From: the human T2T-CHM13v2.0 reference genome, Homo sapiens
NCBI RefSeq assembly: GCF_009914755.1
Contig: NC_060939.1
Length of the DNA: 64,000 nucleotides
Strand: one strand, 5' to 3'
Part shown: positions 28,100-41,467 of the stretch, piece after piece
How the letters are laid out: every line of letters begins with the position of its first letter
Numbering within the stretch: position 1 is the first letter of the stretch
Notes under the pieces: generated by a model
What the model was told of the DNA's origin: nothing
What the model saw: only the letters and a program-made list of their open reading frames with translations
Databases searched by the model: none
Program-made: the position numbers and the translations under genes

Positions 28100-28560
28100 C
28101 ACTGATTTACCCAATACACAGCATTAATAGTGAGAGACCTTGGTGTGTTTATCTGTTTGTATTGGTGTGCATTTATCGAATTGTTTATGACAAGACTAAT
28201 TGGGGTAATTGTAGACACTGAAATTACCTGTCAGCTATATGTAACCACACTCCCTTTCTTTCTGACAAATGATGACAACTGAGGGACCCCGTAGCATTAC
28301 TCATGATGGCTTTTCGAGTGGTAATAAGGACAATAGGGGCCCTGGCTAATTTGACATGGACAGCCTTCACAACAAGAAGCCAGCTAAATGACTTGTCAGG
28401 AGGGGAGAGAAGTCAGAAAAGTAATGGAGTCCCCCATGGCGCTCTGACAGGGAGATGAGGCAATTTCAACGGAAAGTGAAAAGGCTTCAGTTTGTCAAGT
28501 ACTTAGAACAATCAGAGAACAGCTAGAGGCTGGAACCTGACAATAAATTTGTGAACCATG
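28100..28560. promoter_or_regulatory. Candidate enhancer, TGACA motif cluster
   Basis: Nine TGACA/TGTCA sites in ~355 bp plus TAATT sites. Function inferred only. Confidence 0.4.
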
Positions 28561-28910
28561 GTAGCAGTTTCATATAGGTCAGTTACTTCATAATGGCTGT
28601 GCAGTACTCAGAGGGTCCTGTTCTCATCACATACTTCACGTCTACCAACCAGAGCTTTGTCACCTTAAATTTGTGCTCTGTTTTACGTCGTGGGAATAAC
28701 AGTTAGGGTTATGGAGGCCCAGGAATGGAAAGATGGTGTGAGTTGCAGTTGCTAGCCTGTTGAAGATTAAACAAAAATCCAGCCATGTAATATGGTGATG
28801 GCAGCCCTTACATGAGGGTAGTATTAACTCTTCACAGTAGTGAGTTGTAGCCACTTGGGTCGAGACCTCATGAACTCTTTTCTCGCTTGCTATCAATCCG
28901 ATACAAAATG

Positions 28911-29606
28911 CAGTAGTCCCTTTCTAGTCCGAGGTTTTGCTTTCCAAGGTTTCAGTTACCTGTGGTCAACCACCATCTCAAAATATAAATGGGAAATTCC
29001 AGAAATAAACCACTGATAAGTTTTAAGTTGAGCACCGTTCTGAGGAGCGTGATGAAACCTCACAGCAGCCCGCTCCATCCTGCCCACTCATGAGTCATCC
29101 CCTTGCCCAGCACATCCATGCTGTGTACACTACCCGCCTGTTAGCAGCCACATCTTCTGCTCCTGACATCTAGACATCCACCTCATCTTGGCTCGGTGAC
29201 CCAGGGTCATCTGAAGCAGATGATCCTCCTCCTGACCTACTGTCAGGAGAGCAGTAGTAGCCTAATGCTACGCCACCAGGCCTGAGTCATTCACCTCACT
29301 TCATTCTCATCATGTGGACATTTTATCATCTCAAATCATCACAGGAAGAGAGTGAGTATAGAACAATAAGATAGTTTTGAGAAAGAGAGAGAGACCACAT
29401 TCATGTAACTTTTATTATAGTATATTGTCATAATGGTTCTTTTTTTATTGTTACTCTCTTATATGCCTAATTTATAAATTAAACTTTATTATATGTATGT
29501 ATGTATAGGAAAAAACATAGTACATATAGCGTCTGGTACTATCATGGTTTTAGGCATCTAGTGGGTGTCTTAGAATGTATCCCCACTGGGTACAAGTGGG
29601 CTACTG
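28911..29606. mobile_element. MER44 family (Tigger7-derived TcMar) DNA transposon
   Basis: Terminal inverted repeats cagtagtccc... / ...gggctactg followed by TA; internal aaatgggaaattccagaaataaac. Confidence 0.88.
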
Positions 29607-31106
29607 TATAATACTACTATTCATAGGCTAAAACTCCTACCAGCACCTTTTTCTCTGATTGTATCAATGTGATACTAATCTCAGAGCAGGCTAGAAAACT
29701 GGTATATAAGGGGCCTCCCTCCCCTACACCCTCTACCTCCAAAGCTGTAAGTAGCTTCTGGCCTTGATAGTAGCATGTGGCTACAGTGTGAAATAGTCTA
29801 GTGATATTTCAACAGTTTTACTGAGCTTCTGGTTTTGTTTCATTGGGGACAATCTTTTCATTGTAAAAAAGCAAGTTTCTAAACTGGACGAGCCACTTTG
29901 CCTCTCTGTGCCTCAGTTTCCTCATTCATAAGATGAGGAAAGGCAAGCTGATTAAATTTATGCAGAAGTTGATTGCATGATCTTGATGCATGTACAAGTT
30001 AGAATATTTTTAAGCAAGTCAATGTATTTTATGCACCTGCGACAGTCTTTTTCTTCACCACCATCACTCCAGATCTTTGTAAAGGCAATAACACCCTTTA
30101 CAAAGAAATATATCACCTTTGCACTTAATGGAATTCTTCTCGGAAGATTTCTGAGCATTATTTAAGCTATGAAATCTATCTTTTTAATGTTGTCTGAAGA
30201 AGAAAGTGTGTATTCAGTACACTTATTCATACTATGTTATTTGTAAGTTTTGACCTTCATGTGGAGAAATATTCCTTTCTAAACATAATACAGTATAATA
30301 TCTGTTAAACTTCTCAGTATAACTTAAAACATACAGTTTCACAAATATTGTTAAACCTAACCAAATAGGTTGCCTAATGCCCTAAGCAACAGTTCAGAAG
30401 GCTTAGAAACCCATCCAGAAAAATTATGAAATTGTCTTTGCTTTTGCATTTCTCTGGGGGTGAGAGTGGTTGGGATAGGGAGTTCCTCTTATGCCCAGTA
30501 AAAGCAGCTGCCCACACATCCACTTCGTTCAGTGGTTTTTGAGTTGCCTGAGGGTTTCAGTGTTTGTCCAAGGTTTTCATCGAGAGCAGAATAAGCATTC
30601 CACCCCACCAAGATACATCGAGGGGTGCAGGACCCCAGCAGTAGGCTCAGGGACATCAGGAGCAATTGAGGAGTCACAGAAGGAGTAAGAGGAGAGGCGC
30701 CTCTTCTTGTCTGTGCTCCCAAGTGAACAAAGGAGAATTTGGCTTAAAATGCCCCAGGCCATGGGTTCTGTACTACAAATATGTCCTCTTCCCCTGAAAA
30801 TGCAACCTGCTGACAGGAATTCTCCATTTTGAATTATTAGGTCTTGCAGGTCCATATCTGGGATGAGTCTTTCCCTGCATCAGCCCCACTTTGGAGATAT
30901 TCTTTATTTTCCTCACAATTGCTCAGATAAATATGTTTTTTCTTGTGGAAGAAAGTCTTTTAATTTCTAAAAAAAAAACTCATTTAAAATAAATTGTGCT
31001 TTTTTTGTAATACATTAATTCTAAAAATCTAAAAGTTCCAGATAAACAAAAGTAACATCATTATCTTCCCAATTCATTTACATTGACACTATTAGCATTG
31101 TTAACA

Positions 31107-31489
31107 ATAGTCTGTTCTTATACCCCTATAAAGAACTACCTGAGGCTGGGTAATTTATAAAGAAAAGTTTAATTGACTCACAGTTCCACAGGTTATACAG
31201 AAGGCATGACTGGGGAGGCTTCCAGAAACTTACAATCATGGTGGAAGGGCAAAGCAGAAGCAAGCACATCTTCACATGGCAGCAGGAGAGAGCAAACGGG
31301 GAAGTGCTACACATTTTTAAACAACCAGATCTTGTGAGAACTCTATCAGAAGACAGCACTAGGGGAATGGTGCTGAACCATTAGGAACTACCCCATGATC
31401 CAGGCACCTCCCACCAGGCCCCACCTCCAACAATTGAGAACACAATTCAACATGAGATTTGGGTGGGGACATACAGCCAAATCATATCA
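31107..31489 (-). mobile_element. MSTA/THE1D-like MaLR solo LTR
   Basis: tataaagaactacctgaggctgggtaatttataaagaaaag ... catgagatttgggtggggacatacagccaaatcatatca. Confidence 0.92.
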
Positions 31490-31762
31490 GGCATCACACT
31501 GTATATACTGTAGAGTACTTATGTGTTTTTTACCTCAGAGGATGTTGAGATTGTTTTTCATATCTATAAATATAGCTCTATGTGACCCTTTGTAGTAGGT
31601 TCCTAATGCTTGCATTATATGGCAATAGAATTTTTTTAACCAGTCACCTGTAATGGGTATTTAGGAGGTCAACATAAATAGCACTGTAATGAACATCCTC
31701 ATCATGAAATGAGTTAAGACATGGAAAGTACAATAGCCTCAGTCAACATTTTCATTCTCTTC

Positions 31763-32157
31763 TGTCTTGTAAAATCTGTGTTATAAATGCATAAAGCTGT
31801 GGCACCTGTGTTTTCTGCACCATGATGTGACTTTTGTGATAATTCTGTTTTTTCCTTTTAATATTCAACTAAAAGAACTGTTTTCATGATGCCAAGACAT
31901 TTTCATTTATCCAGTTGTCTAGTAACCTAAAACAAACAGAAACAAAGGTAGCTTGCACATATGCGTTTGTTTTCTACCATCCAGTTCTTAGGAACTTTTA
32001 ATTCATCTCTAAAGTTATTTTAGAGGCAAAGAAAGGTTATGTGTTGTTCTTCAAAAAGTATGCATTTGTCTCTTCCACAGAAATTTTAAGTGTTTATTCA
32101 TTTCCCAACTCCATCCCGCACCTGAGGCCTCCATCAGCATCCAGAATAAACATTTTC
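31763..32157 (+). repeat. Local dispersed duplication, copy A (partner 35707-36077)
   Basis: Exact shared blocks of 25, 24 and 19 nt with colinear weaker similarity. Confidence 0.93.
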
Positions 32158-32190
32158 TCCTGTGAAGGACATAAGGAGCATCTAAGAAAT

Positions 32191-32220
32191 GGTGGTGGTG
32201 GTGCTGGTGGTGGTGGTGGT
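32191..32220. repeat. (GGT)n trinucleotide repeat
   Basis: Ten units with one GCT interruption. Confidence 0.9.
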
Positions 32221-33943
32221 TGAACACTTCATTAAATCACTTTTCATATCCATACATATTTCTTTAGGATAATATCCAGATAATAGACTTTCCAAGTCAA
32301 AGGGATCACAGAGTTTTAAGGCCATGGTTACATATTTGTAAACTGCCTGTCACAGAATGATTGTAGCAATTTCTTCTTCTGCAAGTAGTGTGTAAGTATG
32401 CCCATTTCTCAGCACCCTGGCCCAAGTCAGATGCCATCACTTCATGGATAGTTTTTACACTCTCATTGTTACTTTCCTTCCCCTTGTTTTCATTCAGAAT
32501 GCTTGCATTTTACTTTGAGATTTTTTGCCATCGGTCATTTTATAAGATACGCCTTCACCGGCACATCTAAAAGCTAAGGCACTTAACAATTAGAAAGTTG
32601 TATGATAGAGACCTTCAGTCTCCAGTTATAATTCCAGCTCTTTCTGACCCTCAAGCTCTGGAACAGGTCACACTTTTCTCTGCTCAGGACACTAGATATT
32701 TCAGATTATTTCAAGCAGTCTCCTGCCCACTTTCCTGTGCCTTTGTTATAGCTGTCACTGTAGATTGTTTCCGTTGTGCATATAATTGCTTCATTGCTAG
32801 TAACTGGCTTAATGTTGTCACAGACCTTATTGGCTCTTCTTACCTCAGATTTACATATAGCATCCCAAGGCTTTCTTTAGGGCATTTATCATTTTTCCTC
32901 CAAATGATCTGGTGACAGTATACAGCTATTCAAGTTTTCATCAGCCAGCAGATGATACGGTCTTTCTTCTTTGCTGCCACAAGCCAGAAAAGAGAGGAAA
33001 TCAGGGGAAATGCTTTCATTACTGCACTTCAAGGAGGCGCTGTCATGGAGTCAGGGAGGGAAGTTTCCCAAAGTTCACTGAACTGACACTGGAAGAAGCT
33101 CTTGTGGGCAGCCCCATCCCTTTGTGACACCGCAACGAAAGCACTTCATCATCTCTTGCCGATCCTGCTTTCATGCAGACAGCGAGGCATCTTCTAATGC
33201 CAGTTGCCTTTCCTGTTTACTTCTTGCTCCAGGAAAAAGTCTGAGCAATTTTTTAGGACATTAACTATTACTGTTGCATACTGATATGCAAGATTTTGTT
33301 ATACTTTCTTGAAAAGGCCCATTATTTTCATTTGGAAAGGGAAAAAATAAAATAGAGATTGCCACCAATTGCAAATGACTAACACTAATAAATTTAATGG
33401 GTCTAATAGCAGCTGTGACTGTGGAGTTCCTTGTATACTGAAATGGGGTTATAAACGGTGTTAAGCTCACAGGCTGGCCCCGGAAGTCTATTGCAGGCAG
33501 AATGTGGCAATTCTAGAATATCAGTAGGACCAACCTTGGTTTCCTATCATATCTAGAGAGTAAATTAAAAATGTTCAAACTCTAAATGAAAGGATTTGAA
33601 GCCTTAGGATTCACTGGGCAAGCTAAACTCAGTAGGAAGGCTGCCCTTGTGAGCACTCCTAGACTTCATGCCTTTCACTTCTTTTTCCCTCTGTTTCTAA
33701 CCTCTCCTATTCTTTAAACTTGGAACTTTTCCTTTTGTTACACGCAGGCACTTTCTTGGTAAGGAATCCCTGAGAAAAGCTTCTTGAGGGGGCAGTGAGC
33801 TTTTTTGGTCACCCACATATTGCTGAAGTAGTTAAGGCCTACAAGATTTATTTATAAAAATGGCTATTCTGTTCTGATTTATCTACAAGTTTTTGCTTAA
33901 GTGACTTATAGATGACTTTTGCCGAGGCACCTCTGCCCCATAT

Positions 33944-34842
33944 GTTGTTTTGTTTTGTTTGTTTGTTTGTTTGTTTGTTTTATTATACTTTAAGTTCTAG
34001 GGTACATGTGCACAACGTGCAGGTTAGTTACATACGTATACATGTGCCATGTTGGTGTGCTGCACCCATTAACTCGTCATTTACATTAGGTATATCTCCT
34101 AATGCTATCCCTCCCCACTCCCACCACCCCACGACAGGCCCCGGTGTGTGATGTTGCACTTTCTGGTCCAAGTGTTTTCATTGTTCAATTCCCACCTAAG
34201 AGTGAGAACATGCGGTGTTTGGATATTTGTCCCTGCGATATTTTGCTGAGAATGGTGGTTTCCAGCTTCATCCATGTCCCTACAAAGGACATGAACTCAT
34301 CCTTTTTTATGGCTGCATAGTATTCCATGGTGTATATGTGCCACATTTTCTTAATCCAGTCTATCATTGATGGACATTTGGGTTGGTTCCAAGTCTTTGC
34401 TATTGTGAATAGTGCCGCAATAAACATACGTGTGCATGTGTCTTTATAGCAGCATGATTTATAATCCTTTGGGTATATACCCAGTAATGGGATGGCTGGG
34501 TCAAATGGTATTTCTAGTTCTAGATCCCTGAGGAATCACCACGCTGACTTCCACAATGGTTGAACCAGTTTACAGTCCCATCAACAGTGTAAAAGTATTC
34601 CTATTTCTCCACATCCTCTCCAGCACCTGTTGTTTCCTGACTTTTTAATGATCGCCATTCTAACTGGTGTGAGATGGTATCTCGTTGTGGTTTTTATTTG
34701 CATTTCTCTGATGGCCAGGGATGATGAGCATTTTTTCATGTGTCTTTTGGCTGCATAAATGTCTTCTTTTGAGAAGTGTCTGTTCATATCCTTCACCCAC
34801 TTTTTGATGGGGTTGTTTTTTTCTTGTAAATTTGTTTGAGTT
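33944..34842 (-). mobile_element. 5'-truncated young L1PA (L1PA3-5-like) with (TTTG)n tail
   Basis: Close match to primate L1 3' UTR; ORF track gives ORF2p C-terminal peptides ([18 protein letters not shown]; MFIAALFTIAKTWNQPKCP) broken by a stop. Confidence 0.97.
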
Positions 34843-35706
34843 GCCCCGTACTTTGCTGGCCACACTCAGTAAGAGTCAAGATTACATCCAGTTGGCTTCA
34901 TAAAACAGGACTTTCTAGGACAGCTGTGCTTTGCTTGCACCTCATGGGAGTTCAGGGGCTCCCCAGACTGGAAAGCATAGAATCCAGTTTCTCTAGGAAC
35001 CCAAGGTGTCAAAACAATAAATCCCCACTTCTCTGCCATCAGCTTGCACTACCACAAGCCAGAAGAGAGAGGACTGTACCCCGCCATGTTGTGGTGAGAA
35101 ACCACACCCATAACGTCTCTTTGGGTTAGGGAGCCTTCCTTGCTTTCCACGTGGGGTTCAGGGAGCTTGAGAGTTGGCATCAAGGCTCACTGGAGTCCCC
35201 TTCTACATTGTATGTCTGTGTTCTCTGTGTAGAGTTCAACTCAACCTCAGGCCAAGAATCAGCTGCTGGCTCCACCTAAAACCTGTTTATTCCTTAACTA
35301 GATACTCCTTTCAGCAGCTGTGGCTTCTAGGAGGCAAACACTAACTAGAGGGAGGTGGCAGCAAAGGCTATATATACATAGTGAATGTCCACATTCAGTG
35401 ACAGCCTGTATAAGTCTGGTGACTGTCAGTATCCATTCTCTATGCGTACCAAAACAAACCACAAGTTCAAAAAATCATTCCAGTAAATCACCCCTTCTAT
35501 TCAGACTTCAAACAAAAGAAGATTGGGGGTGGAGGAGGGAATCAGTTTGACCTCACACTCAGAGTGAAGTATCTATGCTGTGAGTTGTTTTACCTGTTGT
35601 GATAAATTAGCAAAGCCAATAGGCCAATCCAGAAATCCACCATGGACTAAGGCCTAATAAGCATTTTTATTTTCTTTCTGTGGTTTTGGTTTTTTTTTTT
35701 TTTTTT

Positions 35707-36077
35707 TGTCATTGTGAAATCTGCTGTGTTATAAATGCATAATCCTGTAGCACCTGTATTTTCTGCACCATGATGTGACTTTTAGAGATAATTCTGTTTT
35801 TACTGTTTTATGATGCCAAAAGACTCATTTATCCAGTTGTCTAGTAACATGTAAACAAACAGAAGCAAAGGTAGTTTGTACATATGCATTTGTTTTCTAC
35901 CAGTAGTCTTCAGAGCTTTGGATTCAGTTTTTAAAGGTATTTAGTAGGCAAGAAAATGTTAATGGGGTTGTATGGAAAAAAGAATGCGTTTATCTGCTAC
36001 ATAGAATCTTTGTGTTTGTTTATTCCCTGCCCCATTCCCATGCAAAGCTTCTACTGGCATCCAGAACAAGCTTTTTC
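35707..36077 (+). repeat. Local dispersed duplication, copy B (partner 31763-32157)
   Basis: Same shared blocks as copy A. Confidence 0.93.
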
Positions 36078-36171
36078 TTTTTATGGTTTTCATCTTCATT
36101 AAATCTTGACCAACAGCTTAAATATCTGCAGCTGTCCCCTAATATCTGTTCTCCCCTTCTTTCTTTAAATC

Positions 36172-36938
<767 letters not shown>

Positions 36939-37182
36939 TGAGATGTGGGGGATAAAAATAGATCTATATCAAGAGAGTTTACGTTAAAAAAAGTAGTCAA
37001 ACACAGGCCTTCTAACTCTGGGGCCAATGTTTTTCCCATGTCTTTGGAGGCCATGTTCCATTAAATGTAATGACGGTTGAATTTATCTAATTTTGTTTTT
37101 AACTTGATTATTTATAGTTATTTAAAATTCTTAATTATTATCCTTTTTCCTAAATTATGGGATTTGAAAATGGATCTACATT

Positions 37183-38648
37183 TTTAACAGCCTTGTTGAG
37201 ATATAATTGATATACCAAAAATTGTATCTATTTAATGTATACAATTTGGTGAGTTTGGACGTAAGCATCTACTCATGAAACCATTGCTATAATCATGGTG
37301 ATAGACATACACACTACTCCAAAAGTTTTCTAGTGCTTGCTTTATTTTGGGGATTTGTGTGTGTGTTTTCTATGGTAAGAACACTTAACATAAGATCTAC
37401 CTTCTGTTAAAATTTGTTAAAATTTTAAGTGCTCAATACCATATTGCTAACTATAGGTACTATGGTAGACAGCAGATCTCTAGAATTTATTCCTCTTGCA
37501 TAACTGAAACTTTATACCCATTGAACAGCGACTTCCCCTTGCCTCTTCCTCCCGGTCCCTGGCAACTACCAGCTGTTCTCTGCTTCTATGAATTTGACTA
37601 TTTTAGATACCTCATATGAGTGGAATCATGCAATATTTGTCCTTGTCTGTCTTATTTCATTTGGCATAATGTTCTCCCATTCATCCATGTTGTTGTATAT
37701 GGCAGGATTTTTTTCTTTTTTAAGCCTGAATAATATTCCACTGTATGTATGTACTACGTATTCTTTATCCAGTCAGCCATTAACAGACCTTTAGGTTGTT
37801 TCCATATCTTAGTTACTGTGAATATTGCTGCCATGAACATGGGAGTGCAGATATCTCTTCAAGATCCTGATTTCAGTTCTTTTGGATAAATACCCAGAAG
37901 CAGGATTGCTGGATCATAAAGTAGTTGCATTTTTAATTTTTTGAGGACCCTCCATACTATTTTTCATAGTGGATGTACCATTTTACATTTCCCTCCAACA
38001 GCATACAAAGGTTCCAGTTTGTCTACATCCTTGTCAACACTTGCTACCTTTTGTTTTATTTCTTGTTGTTTTTATAATAGGCATTCTAACAGGTGAGCGG
38101 TGATATCTCTTTGTGGTTTTGACGTGCAATTTTCTGATGATTAGTCATGCTGAGCAAGTTTTCTTATACCTATTGGCCATTTGTATGTCTTCTTTGGAAA
38201 AATGTCTATTCAACTCCTTTGCCCATTTTTAATAGGGTTACTTGGGATTTTTGTTGTTATTTGATTTTGGGAGTTGGTCATATATTTTGGACATTAACCC
38301 CTTCTTAGATATATGGTTTGTACATATTTTCTTCATTCTGAAGGTTGCCTTTTCATTCTGTTGATGGGTTTTGTTTTTTGTGTGTTTTTGCTGTGCAGAA
38401 GCCTTTTAGTTTGACGTAGTCTCAAGTGTCTATTTTTGCTTTTGTTACCTGTGCTTTTGGTGTCATGTCCAGGAAATCATTGTCAAGACCAAAGTCAGGA
38501 AGCTTTTTCCCTATGCTTTCTTCTAAGGGTTTTACAGTTCAGGTCTTATATATGTTTTTAATTCACTTCGAGTTGATTTTTGTGGATGGTGTAAGACAAG
38601 GGTCCAATTTTATTCTTTTGCCTGGGGATGTCCAATTTTCCCAGCAGT
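37183..38648 (-). mobile_element. L1MA9/L1MB-type 3' fragment (~1.45 kb)
   Basis: ttgagatataattgatatac ... cagcagatctctagaatttattcc ... gggagtgcagatatctcttcaagatcctgatttc ... ttgtcaagacca. Confidence 0.9.
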
Positions 38649-39699
38649 TAAAAAAAAAATGGATCTATATTTTTAATACTCAGAGTTGACTCTGAATCTT
38701 GGGAAAGTTTCCTTCCAAATGTGTTACGGTTCAGCAGTTTGGAATAAAATTGTCTCAGTCTGTTCTCTGTTCCCTATGTAATGTAGATGTATTTTTGGGC
38801 TTCCTGAGTCAGATCTGAGCATAACAAGGACCAGGAGTTCTAGCCTGTGGGTAAGGGTTAGATTCCAACATCACCAGAATGTGTAGCCCCATCCCCTTTT
38901 ATGGAAATGGCCTTACAAAGTCACCTAGTAATTTCATATCTGTTGAATTCTAGTTGTGAAAGAACTATTTTAAGAGTTGACACAGTTACATGTTTATTAA
39001 GTGTTTATAAATGTATTAGTCACTGTGCAAACAGAGAAGCAGGTGGGCTTCATATTCCCACCTGTTCAGGTCACTGAAGCAAAGCCACCTGGAAAGCTTC
39101 ACATGAGTAATTGGACCTTCAGCCTTCAGACTTCCACTTGCATTAAATTCAGCAACCAAGACTTTGACATCTCCTGAAATACCTTCTCCATGTGCCCTTT
39201 GTTATTAGAAATTAGCCTTTTTTGAATCATGTGTAGAGTGAACTTGAAATTCAAATGTATTGCAGTAGAGGTAATACAGACAGTATAGGTGACATCTTGG
39301 AGTGACTTGTAAAAGGAGGCTGATCCAATAAGTGTTTCTAATTTGCCTTCCATCAAGGAATGACTTCCTCATTTTAAGTAGTCATTATTAGGAATTTGGA
39401 AGCCCTGAGAAATTGGAATTATTGATTGAGTTTCTTCATAGGAAACCACCTAAGGAAGAGAGGGCTGTTTGTGACCCCTCATATATTGTGCTCATTGCAA
39501 ATACTAGTCTGTGGTTCAGCTCCTGTTACCTGCCCTTAACTGCCTCCCACCCCCAGGACCCCTGCATCCAGAGGCTTATAGATTTCACGGACAGCCAGAG
39601 GAAGCCAGACAGTGTTGGCCTGCATGATTGGTATTAGTTTCATGATAAAGGAGATGTAATCTTTAAACCCTGTGACTCCACCTGAGCTGTTAAAGGCCA

Positions 39700-39850
39700 C
39701 ATGGCATTGTGGAAGAAAGCCCTGGACTCTGCATGGAGGGGCCTGACCTTTGGTCCAAGTCCTAGGATCCGTTTAGCTACTGCCTCAATCAGACCTCTTC
39801 TCTGGGCCTCACTGTCTTAGTTTGATGAATAAGAGAGTTGGGCTAAATAA
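39700..39850 (+). mobile_element. MIR/MIR3 fragment
   Basis: atggcattgtggaagaaagccctggact ... ctcttctctgggcctca. Confidence 0.5.
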
Positions 39851-40644
39851 TCCATTGCCAACACTTGATGCACAGACAGATCCTTCCACTCAGCTGGCCT
39901 TCTTTCCAAACTATTTGTGGGAAAATTTGAACTAGACTGTAGCTGCTGGAGTGCTCTCCCTGTTCCCAAAGGTAGCTTTTCCCCTTCAACTTCTCGCCTC
40001 TGGCCAGCTTTTCTGCAAGCCAGAAAAGAAGTTTCATTTGGGAAGCCAAATCTGAGGTGTATCAGGCTGCCTTTACGCAGATCCCCATCCTTGCATTACA
40101 AAGGGGTTTGCTGTAAACTGCTGCGAGAATATTTGTTAGTGGCCTCAACTGGTGGTCAGAGTGGGGTGGAACTGGAGCTGCTGCCCTGTTGACTTCCATG
40201 GAGGAGGTAGCCAGGCTCTGGTGAAGCAAATCAAGTGGAATCCAGGCTTTGGCTGGGGAAGCAGGAAAAAGCAAAGAAGAGTAAAAGAATGAAGGTAGCT
40301 GAAGGAGCCAAGGAGAAAGGCCTCAGAGTCTGAAAGAAAGGAGTTTCCTAGGAGGACCTTTAAATTCAGCTGTGCACTCTAAAGACCCAGTTGTCATTTG
40401 TACCCTAATTATGTTATGGGGCTATCATGAAATGTAGAGAGAACTGGCCTGAGATCTGTTATAAAAAAAAATTGCAAAAGGTTGAGGAGAGATAAGAGAT
40501 TATATTCAAGTGCAGAGTTAAGAATCATCCCTGGGCCTTCTGATAAAGGCAGATTAATATTATAAGCCCCACACACCCTAAAATATGTAGCTAATATTGA
40601 ATATGCCTTTGGTTAGCGCATTACATTTATTACCCCAGAGGTAG

Positions 40645-41114
40645 TTTATATCAGTCAGGGTTCTCCAGAGAAACAAACCAATTGGACATATGTGTACATA
40701 TATTGAGAGATTTATTTTAAGGAACTGACTCATGTGATTGTGGGGGTTGCCAGCTCTGAAATTCACAGGATAGGCCGGCAGACTGGAAACTCAGGCAGGA
40801 ATTGCTAATATGTTCCTGAGTCCTAAATCTGTAGGGCAGGCCAGCCGCCTAGAAACTCAAGCAGGATTTCTGTGTTAAAGTCCTGAGGCAGAATTCCTTC
40901 TTTTCTGGGAAACCTCAGATTTTGCTCTTCAAGGCCTTCAACTGTTGGATGAACCCCACCCACGTTACAGAGGGTACTTTGCTTTACTGAAATTGATTAT
41001 GGATGTTAATCGCATCTGCAAAATACCTTCACAGCAACATCTGGATTAGCATTTGGTTAAATAACTGGGCACCATAGCCTAGCCTAAGTTAATGCATAAA
41101 ATTTAACCATCACA
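40645..41114 (-). mobile_element. MLT2 (ERVL) solo LTR nested in an antisense MIR
   Basis: agtcagggttctccagagaaac ... cataaaatttaaccatcaca; 5-bp TSD ggtag at 40640-40644 and 41115-41119; MIR-like sequence continues to ~41200. Confidence 0.92.
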
Positions 41115-41467
41115 GGTAGGTACTGTTAACTCCATTCTACTGACAATGAAACGTGAAGCTGAAAAAGGTTTATTAAGTACCTTCCTCAAGGTGACACCAT
41201 TCTTTCCTATTCTTTCATGGTTGGGCCAAGCAGTCAGACTTAGAAACCCAGCTCTCAACCTAAAATGCTTAGCTGCCTGCCAAAAACGCAACGAGCCCTG
41301 GGGGAAGGTGTTTGCTCTAAAGTCTAAGAACCTGTGCGATAAATGATGTTACAGTCAGCTGATACAGCAGGGTACCCACCGGCAATTTTAAAAAGCTCTT
41401 TTTGCTCTATTGGGCCCTTATGAAATGAACCTACAGGGTCAAATGGACGATGTCAAGACATAACCCA

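Larger units (their letters stand above)
31000..32420 (-). mobile_element. Ancient L1ME-type fragment, interrupted by an LTR (31107-31489) and a non-repeat insert (~31701-32250)
   Basis: ttaaccagtcacctgtaatgggtatttagg ... gtaatgaacatcctc ends near 31700; the L1M pattern resumes near 32250 as tatttctttaggataa ... gtcaaaggg ... tgcccatttctcagcaccct. Confidence 0.6.

Noticed and set aside
31815-31900. atgatg motifs in the duplicated segment suggesting a box C/D snoRNA pair
   Set aside because: No full RUGAUGA box C, no positioned CUGA box D and no terminal stem.
33022-33045. CTCF-like cttcaaggaggcgctg
   Set aside because: Only about 10 of 14 core positions match; too weak without binding data.
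34185-34865. ORFs matching the L1 ORF2p C-terminus
   Set aside because: Part of a 5'-truncated L1 with an in-frame stop and no promoter; not a functional CDS.
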